Shown here piece by piece: positions 15,937-25,109 of a stretch of 27,840 nucleotides of DNA (position 1 is its first letter; the number at the start of each line of letters is the position of its first letter). Made by a program: the position numbers and the translations under genes. The notes below the pieces were generated by a model, which made no database searches, was not told the DNA's origin, and saw only the letters and a list, made by a program, of their open reading frames with translations. Source of the stretch: a virus (Duplodnaviria; Caudoviricetes); the IMG/VR virus record IMGVR_UViG_3300037465_000215, positions 1-27,840 of that record; one strand, given 5' to 3'.

Positions 15937-18900
15937 TGGCGACGGCGACCTTCAAGCAGCGGTTCCGCTCTCAGGTCCGCGACCTCGTCGTGCTCGTGCG
16001 AGTATCGCTGCGACACCCGACGACGCTCGCGGTCACGAACGTCTACCTCTCGACCGCGACGGTCCTGACTCCAGCCGGGACCGTGACGGGTGAGCCGTCG
16101 CGCATGTGGGTGCCGCTCATCGCGGACGCAGGCTCTATCTCTGCCCCGGGCGCGTTCGCCCAAACGGACGTGGGCCTGTGCTCGACATCGCTCGTCGTAG
16201 CGCGCGCCGCGTTCGACCCGACGCTGCTGCTGGACAACGCGCCCGTAACCGTGTGGCTCTGGGACCGTTCGTTCACGGACTTCGACGATGCGTGCGCCGT
16301 GTTCAGCAACGGCCGTGTGCTCGCGTTCGATGACAACGCCGATACGGTCACGCTCCGCGTCCGGCAGCGCACGGACTGGAACCGCGACCTCGTCCCGGTC
16401 GAAGTCACGCCCGAGGCGTATCCGCAGGCTCCCGAGGAATCCATCGGCCAGCGCGTGCCAATCGTCTACGGCAAGGCGCTCGACGTGCCGTTCCGACAGC
16501 CGTGGGCGGCGTATCCGGGCGTCACGAACCTGACCGGCGGCGGGGCTGGAAAAGCGGTCTACTACCTGCTCGGCGGGCGGCGCGTCGGCCCGGCGATTCT
16601 CGTGGACACGGGCCGAGGGGCCGGGGCGGCGGCGAACCCGAAGGCGCGCGTGCTCGTGGCGTCACACAAGTGCGCGACCGTCGCCGACGTGCCGTTCTTC
16701 AATACGCCGGTCTACATGAAGCTCGGCGAACAGATGTGCATGCTCGAACCTGTAGACGCGCTCAACGACATCTTCAAGACGACGACCGGCTCCGGGCTGC
16801 TCATCCCGGACAACGTCGCGCTCGCGTGGACCTCGGCGCTGCCGGTGGACGTGGACGTGGTCGCGAACTCGGGCGAGAACCCGCGCGCCGTGCTCGACCC
16901 GTTCAACGACGACTGGACGCGCCTCGACTGGACGAACAACCTCAAGACGGTACGCATGAAGATGCCGTCGCTGGACGAGAAGCTCGGCGAGATGGCCGAG
17001 TATTACATCTTCTGTGGATACCGCTCGAACGCGAACACGAACTTGAAGCTCCGGCTCCGCAACACGGCGACCGGCGGCACGTTCGACATGGACCTCGCGG
17101 CGTCCGCGACGCGCGTCATCAAGATGCTGCGCGTCGGGACGGCGTGGGGCTCGCCCGGCCCGGTCGCCCCATGGGGCTTCTCCGAGTGCGAACTGGAGGC
17201 GGGCTGGCCGACGAGCACGCCGGTCATCACCGGCACGGGAACGGCGGAAATCTTCTTCGCAGGCGTCGTCGTTCGGTTCCGTCCCCGGCAGGTACTCATC
17301 CAGAGCGAGCGCGGAATCAGCCGGACCGAACATCGCCCGGTCCAGCGCACCGGCCCCGGCGGCGGACCCGGCGAGCGTCCGGCGTGGGCTCCGTATACGG
17401 TGAACGACCTCCAGCCTGCGGTCGAGGAACTCGCCGGGACCTTCTATGCGAACTCGGAAGGCTACGCGGACGACGGAACGTTCGCGCCCATCGGGTCGTT
17501 CACGGGCGGCGGCGCGACAACCGTCGTCGAGCGCGGGCCGGACATCATCGCGCACATGCTCGTCGCGCATGGCGGCGAGGCGCTCGCGAACATCGAACGG
17601 ACGGCCGCAGCGTTCGGCTCGTTCGTGGACGCGCGCGCGCTGCTCAAGACGGTATTCGAACAGGACATGGTCTACGCGCTTGCGGTCGTCCAGACGACGG
17701 ACGTGATGACGGCGCTCGCGTGGATGTCGCAGGCTACGATGTCCCTGCTCATACTCGACCGATTCTCCGACCAGTGGCGGCTCATACCGTGGTCGCCCGA
17801 CGCGGGCGTGAACTACGATTGGACGTTCCGGCCCGAGGACCTCGTCGAAGGGACTTCCGTCCAGACGTCACGCACGCCCGTCAACCGACTGCTCACCGGC
17901 CTGTCCCTGAGCTACGGCTACGACGCGGCTTCGAAGTCGTTCCGGCACAAGACGCGCCTCGCGTGGAACGGCTCGAACGCCGGGGATAAGTACCGGGGGC
18001 TGCGCGACCAGTACCTCACCATCGTCGCCGGTGTGAACGACAAGCTCGACTTCACGACCACGGCCGCGTTTACCGCGACGGTAGCACCCGGCGACTACGA
18101 TGCAGCGACGGCGGGTCCTGCGGTCGCGACGGCGATGAAGAACGCGAATCCCGCGCAGGACTTCGCGGTCGAGTTCGGCGGCGTCATCGTCGCCGGATAC
18201 AACGACCAGATTACCTTCCGCGACTCGGTCGCGGGCGTGGACCGGACGGCGACCATCCCGGCCGGGACCTACGCGACGATGCAGGCGCTCGGGACGGCCA
18301 TCAAGGAAGCGATGGATGCGCTGTGCGCGCCGAACACGCCGTTCACCGTCGTCTATGTCCCGAGCACGGCGCTGTTCGCTTTCTCGCGATTCAGCGAGTC
18401 GGGGCACATCGCGCTGTCGGTGACGCTCTACCCGGCGACCTCCGGCGTCGTGAGCCGCCGCCTGTACGCGATGCTCGGTTACTCGCTCGCCGCGAACCCG
18501 CCCGCCTCCACGTCGCCGATTGTGAGCACCGAGACTCGACGCATCGGACTCGCCGTCGTCGCGTGCCTCGGGAACGCGCTCGACCTACGGTGGCAGTCCG
18601 GGGCGAACGGTGTCACCGGCACACGGCAGAACGTGGGGTCGTTTCTCGGCTTCACGGCCGTCCGCGATACCGAGAGCGGCGGCACGGTCCGGGCGTGGTC
18701 CGGCGACTGCCCGAAGGGTACCGGGGAACGGGCGCTCAACACGACCGCGCTCCGGTTCGGTGCGCGCCGCGATACGGTCGAGGACCTGCGGACGGTGTTC
18801 GACTCCGAGACGGCCCGCGAGGTCCTGCGGCGCGTCACGACGTTGCTCGGCCGGGTGCGCGTCATCGTGACGTTCTCGACCGACAAGGCTCCCGACCTTG

Positions 18901-19070
18901 AGCGCGGGCGGGTCATCCAGTTCTCGGGTGACTTTGACGCCGTCCGGCCCTATCCTGACGCCGACACCGACCGCTCGTGGGTCGGGAAGCGGTTCGTCGT
19001 CGTCGAGACGGAGCAGATGCTCGGGCCGGTCGCGTTCTACACGAAGGTCAAGGCGGTCGCGCTCGGATAG
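15936..19070 (+). CDS. Large tail-tip/baseplate hub protein (1044 aa)
   Basis: TAATG coupling. IGQRVPIVYG motif and C-terminal DLERGRVI...FVV.E OB-like segment. Size and position fit a tail-tip protein. Confidence 0.75.
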   Translation: MATATFKQRFRSQVRDLVVLVRVSLRHPTTLAVTNVYLSTATVLTPAGTVTGEPSRMWVPLIADAGSISAPGAFAQTDVGLCSTSLVVARAAFDPTLLLDNAPVTVWLWDRSFTDFDDACAVFSNGRVLAFDDNADTVTLRVRQRTDWNRDLVPVEVTPEAYPQAPEESIGQRVPIVYGKALDVPFRQPWAAYPGVTNLTGGGAGKAVYYLLGGRRVGPAILVDTGRGAGAAANPKARVLVASHKCATVADVPFFNTPVYMKLGEQMCMLEPVDALNDIFKTTTGSGLLIPDNVALAWTSALPVDVDVVANSGENPRAVLDPFNDDWTRLDWTNNLKTVRMKMPSLDEKLGEMAEYYIFCGYRSNANTNLKLRLRNTATGGTFDMDLAASATRVIKMLRVGTAWGSPGPVAPWGFSECELEAGWPTSTPVITGTGTAEIFFAGVVVRFRPRQVLIQSERGISRTEHRPVQRTGPGGGPGERPAWAPYTVNDLQPAVEELAGTFYANSEGYADDGTFAPIGSFTGGGATTVVERGPDIIAHMLVAHGGEALANIERTAAAFGSFVDARALLKTVFEQDMVYALAVVQTTDVMTALAWMSQATMSLLILDRFSDQWRLIPWSPDAGVNYDWTFRPEDLVEGTSVQTSRTPVNRLLTGLSLSYGYDAASKSFRHKTRLAWNGSNAGDKYRGLRDQYLTIVAGVNDKLDFTTTAAFTATVAPGDYDAATAGPAVATAMKNANPAQDFAVEFGGVIVAGYNDQITFRDSVAGVDRTATIPAGTYATMQALGTAIKEAMDALCAPNTPFTVVYVPSTALFAFSRFSESGHIALSVTLYPATSGVVSRRLYAMLGYSLAANPPASTSPIVSTETRRIGLAVVACLGNALDLRWQSGANGVTGTRQNVGSFLGFTAVRDTESGGTVRAWSGDCPKGTGERALNTTALRFGARRDTVEDLRTVFDSETAREVLRRVTTLLGRVRVIVTFSTDKAPDLERGRVIQFSGDFDAVRPYPDADTDRSWVGKRFVVVETEQMLGPVAFYTKVKAVALG

Positions 19071-19080
19071 GAGGCGTCTC

Positions 19081-19548
19081 ATGCACAACATGGGGAAGGC
19101 GTTCATCGCAAGGACCTACATCGTCCGCGCCGCTGCGAATCTCGCTGCGGGTGCGACCGCAACTACGATGTGGGTTCCCGCGAAGGGCGCTCGCTGCGTC
19201 GTTTTCAACTGGACCGGGACCGACGGCGACGCGCCGCAGAATCAGGGCGTCGAGGGTACGAACGCCGTCCCGCTCGTGCCCGGAGGCGTCGGGCTGTCGG
19301 CGAACAACTCGCGCCTCCTTACGTCCTCGGTCAGCAGCGTCATCAACCAGTTGGGCGGCATCCGGCAGGTCGTCGCGCCTATCGCTGCGGACGGTTTGCA
19401 GTTCATCGTCGTCGAGGGCGTCCGCGCGACCATGCTCGGCCATGCTACGAATCAGATGGACAACGTCGCGTGCGTCGCGACGGTCTACTACGATTCGGAG
19501 CAGGCGGCAGACATCGGCATGATTGGGCATCTTCCGGCGGCGGTGTGA
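19081..19548 (+). CDS. Hypothetical virion protein (155 aa)
   Basis: AGGAGG RBS before ATG 19081. Beta-rich, inside the tail module. Confidence 0.6.
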   Translation: MHNMGKAFIARTYIVRAAANLAAGATATTMWVPAKGARCVVFNWTGTDGDAPQNQGVEGTNAVPLVPGGVGLSANNSRLLTSSVSSVINQLGGIRQVVAPIAADGLQFIVVEGVRATMLGHATNQMDNVACVATVYYDSEQAADIGMIGHLPAAV

Positions 19549-19549
19549 C

Positions 19550-19987
19550 ATGGCGAGCCACTGGACGAACGGCGGACTCAAGCGAATCCTCGACGGTACG
19601 CGGAATCTTTCGACCGCGACCGTGAAGGTCATGCTGCTCGGCACGGCCTACGTACCCAACAAGGACCATGAGTTCGTGTCGGACATCGTCGCGAACGAGA
19701 TATCCGGCACCGGCTACGTCGGGGGCTTCGGGGGCTCGGGCCGGAAGGCGCTCGCGAACAAGACTTTCACGAAGGACGACGCGCTCGACGAGGCGCGATT
19801 CGACGCGGACAATCCGACGTGGCCGGGTGCGGACTTCGGGACGGTCGGCTACGCGGCGCTCGTCATCGAGGACACGAACGATGCGTCGTCGCCGGTGCTC
19901 GCCATCCTCGACTGCGAGGACAAGCTCACGAGCGGCGGTACGCTGACGCTCGACTTCGGAGCCTTCGCTCTCAAGCTGAGGGCCTGA
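19550..19987 (+). CDS. Minor tail protein (145 aa)
   Basis: TVKVMLL, NEISGTGY..G, FDADNPTW and TLTLDF form a pattern widespread in phage minor tail/fiber-associated proteins. Confidence 0.75.
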   Translation: MASHWTNGGLKRILDGTRNLSTATVKVMLLGTAYVPNKDHEFVSDIVANEISGTGYVGGFGGSGRKALANKTFTKDDALDEARFDADNPTWPGADFGTVGYAALVIEDTNDASSPVLAILDCEDKLTSGGTLTLDFGAFALKLRA

Positions 19988-19989
19988 CG

Positions 19990-21285
19990 ATGGCGGACGT
20001 ACTCAAGGCAACGCTGTGGTGGAGTTCGAACCCGACCTTCGCGCTTACGAACAACAGCGACGCGACGGCGTCCGAAGGTCGGGTCATCACGGCAGCCGAG
20101 GCGCACGATTCGAGCGACGCTACCTACGAAGGACTCAACATCGGCGGCGACACCGTCTCGCTCGAGGGCGACGCGAACCTGCGCGCGAGCCACGCGCTGA
20201 CGGCCTGCCCGGCGGGCGGTATCAAGTTCGTGCGTGTGAAGTTCCGCGCCCGCGTGCTGGTCACGGCTGGCACGGGGTCGGCCATCGGGCAGGTGACGCC
20301 ACGCATCTCGGGCGTGAACCGTGGAGCCGCGCAGGCGCTCGACGGTACGTTCACGAACTACCAGCAGGACTTCACGACGGACCCGGCGGACGGGCAGCCG
20401 TGGACGAAGGCGAAGGTGGACGCTGCGACGTGGGGCGTGGACCTGTTCGCTCAGACTTCCGACCCGGGCGTCTATGCGACATCCGCTCAGCTTCGCATGG
20501 CCGAGATGACCGTCGAGGTATGGGGCGAGGACGTGACGAGCGTCGCCGCAGGCGCGTCGGCGACCGGCGAAGCGAACGCTCCCGAGGCGATGGGCGGTAC
20601 GCTCGCTCCGACGACCGACGAGCGCGACCCGACCGTCATCACGGCACAGGCGACGGTGCTTGACCAGACGAGCGGCATCGTCACCGTGCGCTCGTTCAAG
20701 GCGTCGCTCAACGACCAGTCCACGGCGACGAAGGATATCTTCACGTCGCCCGCCTCGTGGCCGAACTCAGGGACTCAGCTTCAACCGCTCTACGGTTCCG
20801 GGTCGCAGGGACTACAGGGAAGCTCTGGGGCGGGAAACGGCATCAATGGCATCGGGCTCATCTCGGGTGTCAAGCTCGTCGCCATCGTGCGCGCGTCGAA
20901 GCGCGGACCGACCTCGTCGCTGACGACGTGCCGGTTCGGGACCGCGATGGGCGTGAAGTCGCTTCTCGCACAACCGACGGTGAATGACCTCGACGCGCTG
21001 ACCGAGGCGATGTGGGAGCGGGTCGAGACGACGCTTGTCACGACCGGGCAGTTCGGGAACGCGTTCACATGGGGGAACGGACCCGACAGCGTATGGGCGT
21101 CGCTGTTCGGCTGGACGTTCAACCACACCTACTCGAACACGGCGAATCCCGATACGACGCAACTGGAAGTGGCCGAGGCGTGGGTCGAAGTGCATGGACC
21201 TGTCGGCTCCGAACCCGAGGTCATCGAACTCGTGCAGGTGTTCGGCGACAGCCGCAAGAAGTTCGTGATGGCGACCGAGGTCTGA
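19990..21285 (+). CDS. Putative receptor-binding/tail-associated protein with two related beta domains (431 aa)
   Basis: Ser/Thr/Gly-rich. Repeated domain ends QLRMAEMTVEVWG and QLEVAEAWVEVHG. Confidence 0.6.
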   Translation: MADVLKATLWWSSNPTFALTNNSDATASEGRVITAAEAHDSSDATYEGLNIGGDTVSLEGDANLRASHALTACPAGGIKFVRVKFRARVLVTAGTGSAIGQVTPRISGVNRGAAQALDGTFTNYQQDFTTDPADGQPWTKAKVDAATWGVDLFAQTSDPGVYATSAQLRMAEMTVEVWGEDVTSVAAGASATGEANAPEAMGGTLAPTTDERDPTVITAQATVLDQTSGIVTVRSFKASLNDQSTATKDIFTSPASWPNSGTQLQPLYGSGSQGLQGSSGAGNGINGIGLISGVKLVAIVRASKRGPTSSLTTCRFGTAMGVKSLLAQPTVNDLDALTEAMWERVETTLVTTGQFGNAFTWGNGPDSVWASLFGWTFNHTYSNTANPDTTQLEVAEAWVEVHGPVGSEPEVIELVQVFGDSRKKFVMATEV

Positions 21286-21297
21286 CGGAGGCGCATC

Positions 21298-21660
21298 ATG
21301 GCGGACGAGATTGTTGTCGTCACCGGCGCAACGGGGCGCAAGAACCTCGTCGCGACCATCGTGGACAGCGACGGGAACGTGGTGAACCTGACCGGCGGAA
21401 CGGTCAAGATGCAGGGCCGGTCGAGCGACCTGCCGTCCGTGACGCTCGACGTGACCGGCACGATCACGGACCCGGCGCAGGGGAAGGTGACGTTCTCGGC
21501 CGTCGGCAACCTCATCACGCAGGCGCAACTCACGGCGGCGGGTATCGCGTCGGCGACGTTCCGACTGCGAATCAAGTTCACCGACTCGACCGCGAAGGTA
21601 GACTTCGGCCCTATCTTCGAACTCACGTGGGTCAAGGAGCCGACGGTACTGACGCCATGA
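21298..21660 (+). CDS. BppU-N-like baseplate upper/adaptor domain protein
   Basis: GGAGG RBS. TIVDSDGNVVNLTGGTVKM...ITDPAQGKVTF pattern. Confidence 0.65.
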   Translation: MADEIVVVTGATGRKNLVATIVDSDGNVVNLTGGTVKMQGRSSDLPSVTLDVTGTITDPAQGKVTFSAVGNLITQAQLTAAGIASATFRLRIKFTDSTAKVDFGPIFELTWVKEPTVLTP

Positions 21661-22106
21661 CCCGCCGATTCATCATGGTGCATCACTCGCTCACGAAGGA
21701 CGGCGACACCGTGTCGTGGCCTGCCATCGAGAAGTACCATCGCGAGTCGAAAGGCTGGCGCGACATCGGATACCATGCTGGCGTCGAGGTCGTCACGGGG
21801 GACGTGACGCTCAGCGACTATCGGGTGCAGGCGCTGTTCGGGCGGTCGCCGTTCGAACAGGCGTCGGCGTGCCCGCAAGGAGAAATGAACGTACTCGCGC
21901 TCCACGTCTGCGTCGTCGGCAACTACGACCTCGCGCCGCCGTCGCTCGCTGCGATGCGCGTGCTTGCGAAGCGCGTGGTCCTGCCGTGGATGCGCGAGTA
22001 CGGCATCCCGCCGGAGCGCATCGTCGGGCACCGGGACTTCAACCCAGACAAGACGTGCCCGGGCACGAAGTTCGACCTCGACCTTCTGCGAGGGATTGTT
22101 CGATGA
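21657..22106 (+). CDS. N-acetylmuramoyl-L-alanine amidase endolysin (Amidase_2, T7-lysozyme-like, catalytic domain only)
   Basis: IMVHHS, GWRDIGYH, IVGHRD and KTCPG zinc-amidase motifs. ATGA overlap with the upstream gene. Confidence 0.93.
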   Translation: MTRRFIMVHHSLTKDGDTVSWPAIEKYHRESKGWRDIGYHAGVEVVTGDVTLSDYRVQALFGRSPFEQASACPQGEMNVLALHVCVVGNYDLAPPSLAAMRVLAKRVVLPWMREYGIPPERIVGHRDFNPDKTCPGTKFDLDLLRGIVR

Positions 22107-22447
22107 ACAACTTGCTCGCGGAGCTTCTCCCGACGTTCATCTCATCGCTGGCAGGCGGCGCGCTCGCGGCGGGCGTGGCGTGGGTCGCGATGCGTGTCAC
22201 GCTGGCGAAGGTCGAACAGCGCCTCGCGGACCACATCGGCGAGGACCATCGCCGTTTCGCCGTCATCGAGCGCGCCATCGGCATTGACGGCTCGACGCCA
22301 GCGTTCGTTCGACGCGAGGAAGCGGACGTTCACGTCTCTATCGCGAACGCGCGGTGGGAGCAGATACAGGGCGCACTCACGGAGCTTCGGAACGGTCAGA
22401 AGGACATCATGGAACTGGTCGCGCAGGTCCGCAATTACAGGTCGTAG
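22103..22447 (+). CDS. Single-TM protein with coiled coil (lysis accessory, holin- or spanin-like)
   Basis: ATGA overlap with the amidase. Hydrophobic FISSLAGGALAAGVAWVAM followed by a helical region. Confidence 0.6.
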   Translation: MNNLLAELLPTFISSLAGGALAAGVAWVAMRVTLAKVEQRLADHIGEDHRRFAVIERAIGIDGSTPAFVRREEADVHVSIANARWEQIQGALTELRNGQKDIMELVAQVRNYRS

Positions 22448-22459
22448 GGAGGGCATCAC

Positions 22460-22885
22460 ATGAAGACGCTCAAACGATGGTCGGAGGTTCTGTTCCTCGC
22501 GGTGTTCCTGCTGCTCGGTTTCTCGCTGCTCGCGTCGGCTGAGCCGTCGCCGGTCGCGGCGAAGGGCGAGGCGACGCTCGCGTGGCTCAAGGGCAACGTA
22601 CTCGTCCTGCAACTCATCGTCGGGTTCCTGTGGAAGTACGTTCCGGCGATGAAGGGCATCTCGAACGACCTCATCCCGTGGGTCAACGTGGTCGCCTTCG
22701 TGGTCGCCACGGCGGCGGGCGTCGGCGTCGCACAGGCGGCTCCGGGCGAGGTCGCGCACAAAGCATCGTTCCTGTCGTCCGTGTGGTGGGGTTTCGTCCA
22801 CTCGGGCATCGCGAAGGTGCTCTACGACGGCTGGCTCCGGCCCGGCCTCGACCGCACCGTGGGGAAGGCGACCGGGACGGTGTGA
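22460..22885 (+). CDS. Multi-pass membrane protein, candidate holin
   Basis: GGAGG RBS, 3-4 hydrophobic segments, KYVPAMKGISNDLIPWVN loop, located in the lysis cassette. Confidence 0.6.
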   Translation: MKTLKRWSEVLFLAVFLLLGFSLLASAEPSPVAAKGEATLAWLKGNVLVLQLIVGFLWKYVPAMKGISNDLIPWVNVVAFVVATAAGVGVAQAAPGEVAHKASFLSSVWWGFVHSGIAKVLYDGWLRPGLDRTVGKATGTV

Positions 22886-22887
22886 CC

Positions 22888-24112
22888 ATGCCGAAGGCCG
22901 AGAAGAAGCGCGCGGGCGCTCGCGGCTCGAATGGGGTCGCGGGCGCGCCGTCGCTGACCGTAGTGATGGTCCCGGTCGGTGACTTGAACCCCGCGCCGTA
23001 TAACCCGCGCAAGATGACCGAGAAGCAGGCGGCGGACCTCACGGCGAGCATCCGCAAGTTCGGCATGCAGGAGCCGCTCGTCGTGAACCGCGCGCCGGGG
23101 CGTGAGAACGTCGTCATCGGCGGGCACCAGCGGCTCAACGTGTGCAAGCTGCTCGGGCATACCGCCGTCCCCGTCGTCTACGTCGAACTCGCGGAGCCGG
23201 AGGAGCGGGAACTCAACCTGCGCCTGAACAAGAACACGGGCGAGTGGGATTGGGACCTGCTCGCGGAGTTCGATGTGCCGTTGCTGCGCGATGTCGGGTT
23301 CACCGACGAGGAGCTTGCGAAGAACTTCGACCTCGACGGCGGCGAGACTCCGACCGACGCCGACGTGCTGCCCGAGAAGGTCGAGGCACGCACGAAGCTC
23401 GGGGACGTGTGGGTGCTCGGCGGGCACCGGCTCGTGTGCGGGGACTCGGTGAAGGACGATGCGGCGGTGAGGCTGGCGCTCGATGGCGCGCTCGCCGATT
23501 GCGTGTGGACCGACCCGCCCTATGGCGTTTCCTACGAGGGGAAGGCCGGGACCGTCGCCAACGATTCCCTCAGCGACGAAGAGCACGAGGCATTCATCAC
23601 CAACGCGCTGACCCACGCGCTGACCCACGCGCGCGAAGGAGCAGCGGCCTACGTCACCCACGCATCCTCGCAGACCATCCTGACGTGGAGAGCATTCGGC
23701 AATGCTGGCGGAAGGTTCTCTCAGCCGCTCGTGTGGGCGAAGGACCGCATCGTGCTCGGGCGCTCCGACTATCACTTCGCGCACGAGCCCATCCTCTACG
23801 GCTGGAAGCCGGGCGCATCGCTGGTTCGGCGGGCGCGATAAGAGCACCGTGCTCAACGTGCCGCGCCCCACCCGGAGCGAGGAACACCCGACCATGAAGC
23901 CGGTCGAACTCGTGCGGCAGATGGTCGTGAACTCGACGATGCCCGGCGAGGTCGTGCTCGACCCGTTCGGTGGCTCCGGCTCGACGCTCCTCGCGTGCGA
24001 AGTCTCGAGACGGCGCGCGGCGCTGGTCGAACTCGTGCCCCGGTTCTGCGACGTGACCGTCGCCCGGTGGGAGCGCCTGACCGGGAAGACCGCAGCGCTG
24101 GTCAGAAACTAG
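22888..24112 (+). pseudogene. ParB/Srx-N domain fused to an N6A/N4C DNA methyltransferase (beta class), split by a frameshift near 23811-23817
   Basis: LNPAPYNPR...IGGHQR (ParB-N), HRLVCGDS, TDPPY and HEPILYGWK lie in one frame (stop at 23841). HRWFGGR..STV, HPTMKPVELV and VLDPFGGSGS lie in the +1 frame up to 24112. Confidence 0.85.
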
Positions 24113-24231
24113 CCACCCGCGCCTGAGCGCCTACGCCGCCCGTGGGGCGCGTCCGCCCGGTCGCTGGTACTCCGGCTCGAGGGAGCCTCCGGGACGCCGT
24201 GCCCGCCCGGCTGTGGCGTCCGGCGGGCACG

Positions 24232-24275
24232 AAAAAAGGGCGGGTCGCCCCGGTCGCCCGGAACGCCCGCCCCTT
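24232..24275 (-). terminator. Rho-independent terminator for the minus-strand operon
   Basis: GC stem GGGCGGG(T)/(G)CCCGCCC (24238-24245 with 24265-24272) followed on the minus strand by T6 (A6 at 24232-24237), just past the stop at 24279. Confidence 0.7.
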
Positions 24276-24278
24276 GCC

Positions 24279-24464
24279 CTACCGGCCCCGGCTCGCCCGG
24301 GGTCGCACCATCAGGCCGAACGGCCCGGCGTGGACCCGGACCGCGAGCCCGAGCCACACGCCGCCCGTCCGCATCGTGAACCGCCGGAAGCTCCACGCCC
24401 ACCAGCGCGGGGTCCAGACGAGCGTCACGACCGTCCTGCGGAACCGCACGTCCCACACTCTCAT
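24279..24464 (-). CDS. Small Trp/Arg-rich hypothetical protein (61 aa)
   Basis: GGAGGT RBS and ATGA overlap with the upstream gene. MRVWDVRFRR... Confidence 0.55.
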   Translation of the reverse strand: MRVWDVRFRRTVVTLVWTPRWWAWSFRRFTMRTGGVWLGLAVRVHAGPFGLMVRPRASRGR

Positions 24465-24682
24465 GGCCCGACCTCCTCTCCCGGGACGACCTTGCCGGAG
24501 CCCTCGCACGTCGCGCACGGCTCGGCCTCGTCGGCCCACTCGGGTTCCTCGCAGCATTCGCCGTGCTTCCCGGGGCGACCGCAGCAGACGGCCCGGCCGA
24601 CGACGTGATAGCCGTCCCCGCGGCAGTCTCGGCACCGCACCAGCACGCCGAGCGCCTCGGCGAGTTCGCGTTCGTCGTTCAT
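24461..24682 (-). CDS. Small DnaJ-type CxxCxGxG zinc-finger protein
   Basis: CRDCRGDG ... CATCEGSG. ATGA overlaps on both sides. Confidence 0.75.
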   Translation of the reverse strand: MNDERELAEALGVLVRCRDCRGDGYHVVGRAVCCGRPGKHGECCEEPEWADEAEPCATCEGSGKVVPGEEVGP

Positions 24683-24897
24683 GGCTTCCTCGTGCGCGGG
24701 ATGCCGCGCCAGTCGAACGAGTCGTCCCGGATGCGCGCATGGCGTTCACCGTCTGCAATGCGGCGCTCCTCCGTGTGTACGATGCGGGCCGGAGTCCCGG
24801 TCCACTCGTCTCGCCTGCTCGGCCAGCGTTCGCCATCGCTATCGAACCGACCGAACACGCGCCCAACGCTGCTACGCTTCTTCGGCCGCGCGCTCAT
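24679..24897 (-). CDS. Hypothetical protein (72 aa)
   Basis: GGAG RBS, part of the ATGA-coupled chain. MSARPKKRSS... Confidence 0.55.
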   Translation of the reverse strand: MSARPKKRSSVGRVFGRFDSDGERWPSRRDEWTGTPARIVHTEERRIADGERHARIRDDSFDWRGIPRTRKP

Positions 24898-25109
24898 GTC
24901 GGCTCCACGATGGCGTCCCGCGCCACGTCGGGGAGCCGCGCCCACGCATGCGACTCCCGTGCCCGCAGCATCGCGAGCACGGGATACCGTGCGGGGACGT
25001 AGTTCCAGAGCCCGCACGACGCCCGGATGAGCCGGACCGTCTCGTCGTGCGCCCGCTTGCTCGCGCGCGCGTAGGCGCGGACTCGCCGGTGCTTCTCGCG
25101 CGGGGTCAC
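24894..25109 (-). CDS. Hypothetical protein (71 aa)
   Basis: GTGA and ATGA coupling with both neighbours. Confidence 0.55.
   Translation of the reverse strand: MTPREKHRRVRAYARASKRAHDETVRLIRASCGLWNYVPARYPVLAMLRARESHAWARLPDVARDAIVEPT

Noticed and set aside
15936-21660. Diversity-generating retroelement or invertible tail-fibre cassette
   Set aside because: No reverse transcriptase, invertase or near-identical TR/VR nucleotide repeats were seen. The repeats here are diverged protein-level duplications.
1628-22888. Long 5' extensions in the supplied ORF track (starts at 1628, 6373, 7580, 10158, 10664, 15843, 18898, 19819, 21012, 21716, 22582)
   Set aside because: They overlap upstream genes. 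Downstream starts with an RBS or stop/start coupling fit better.
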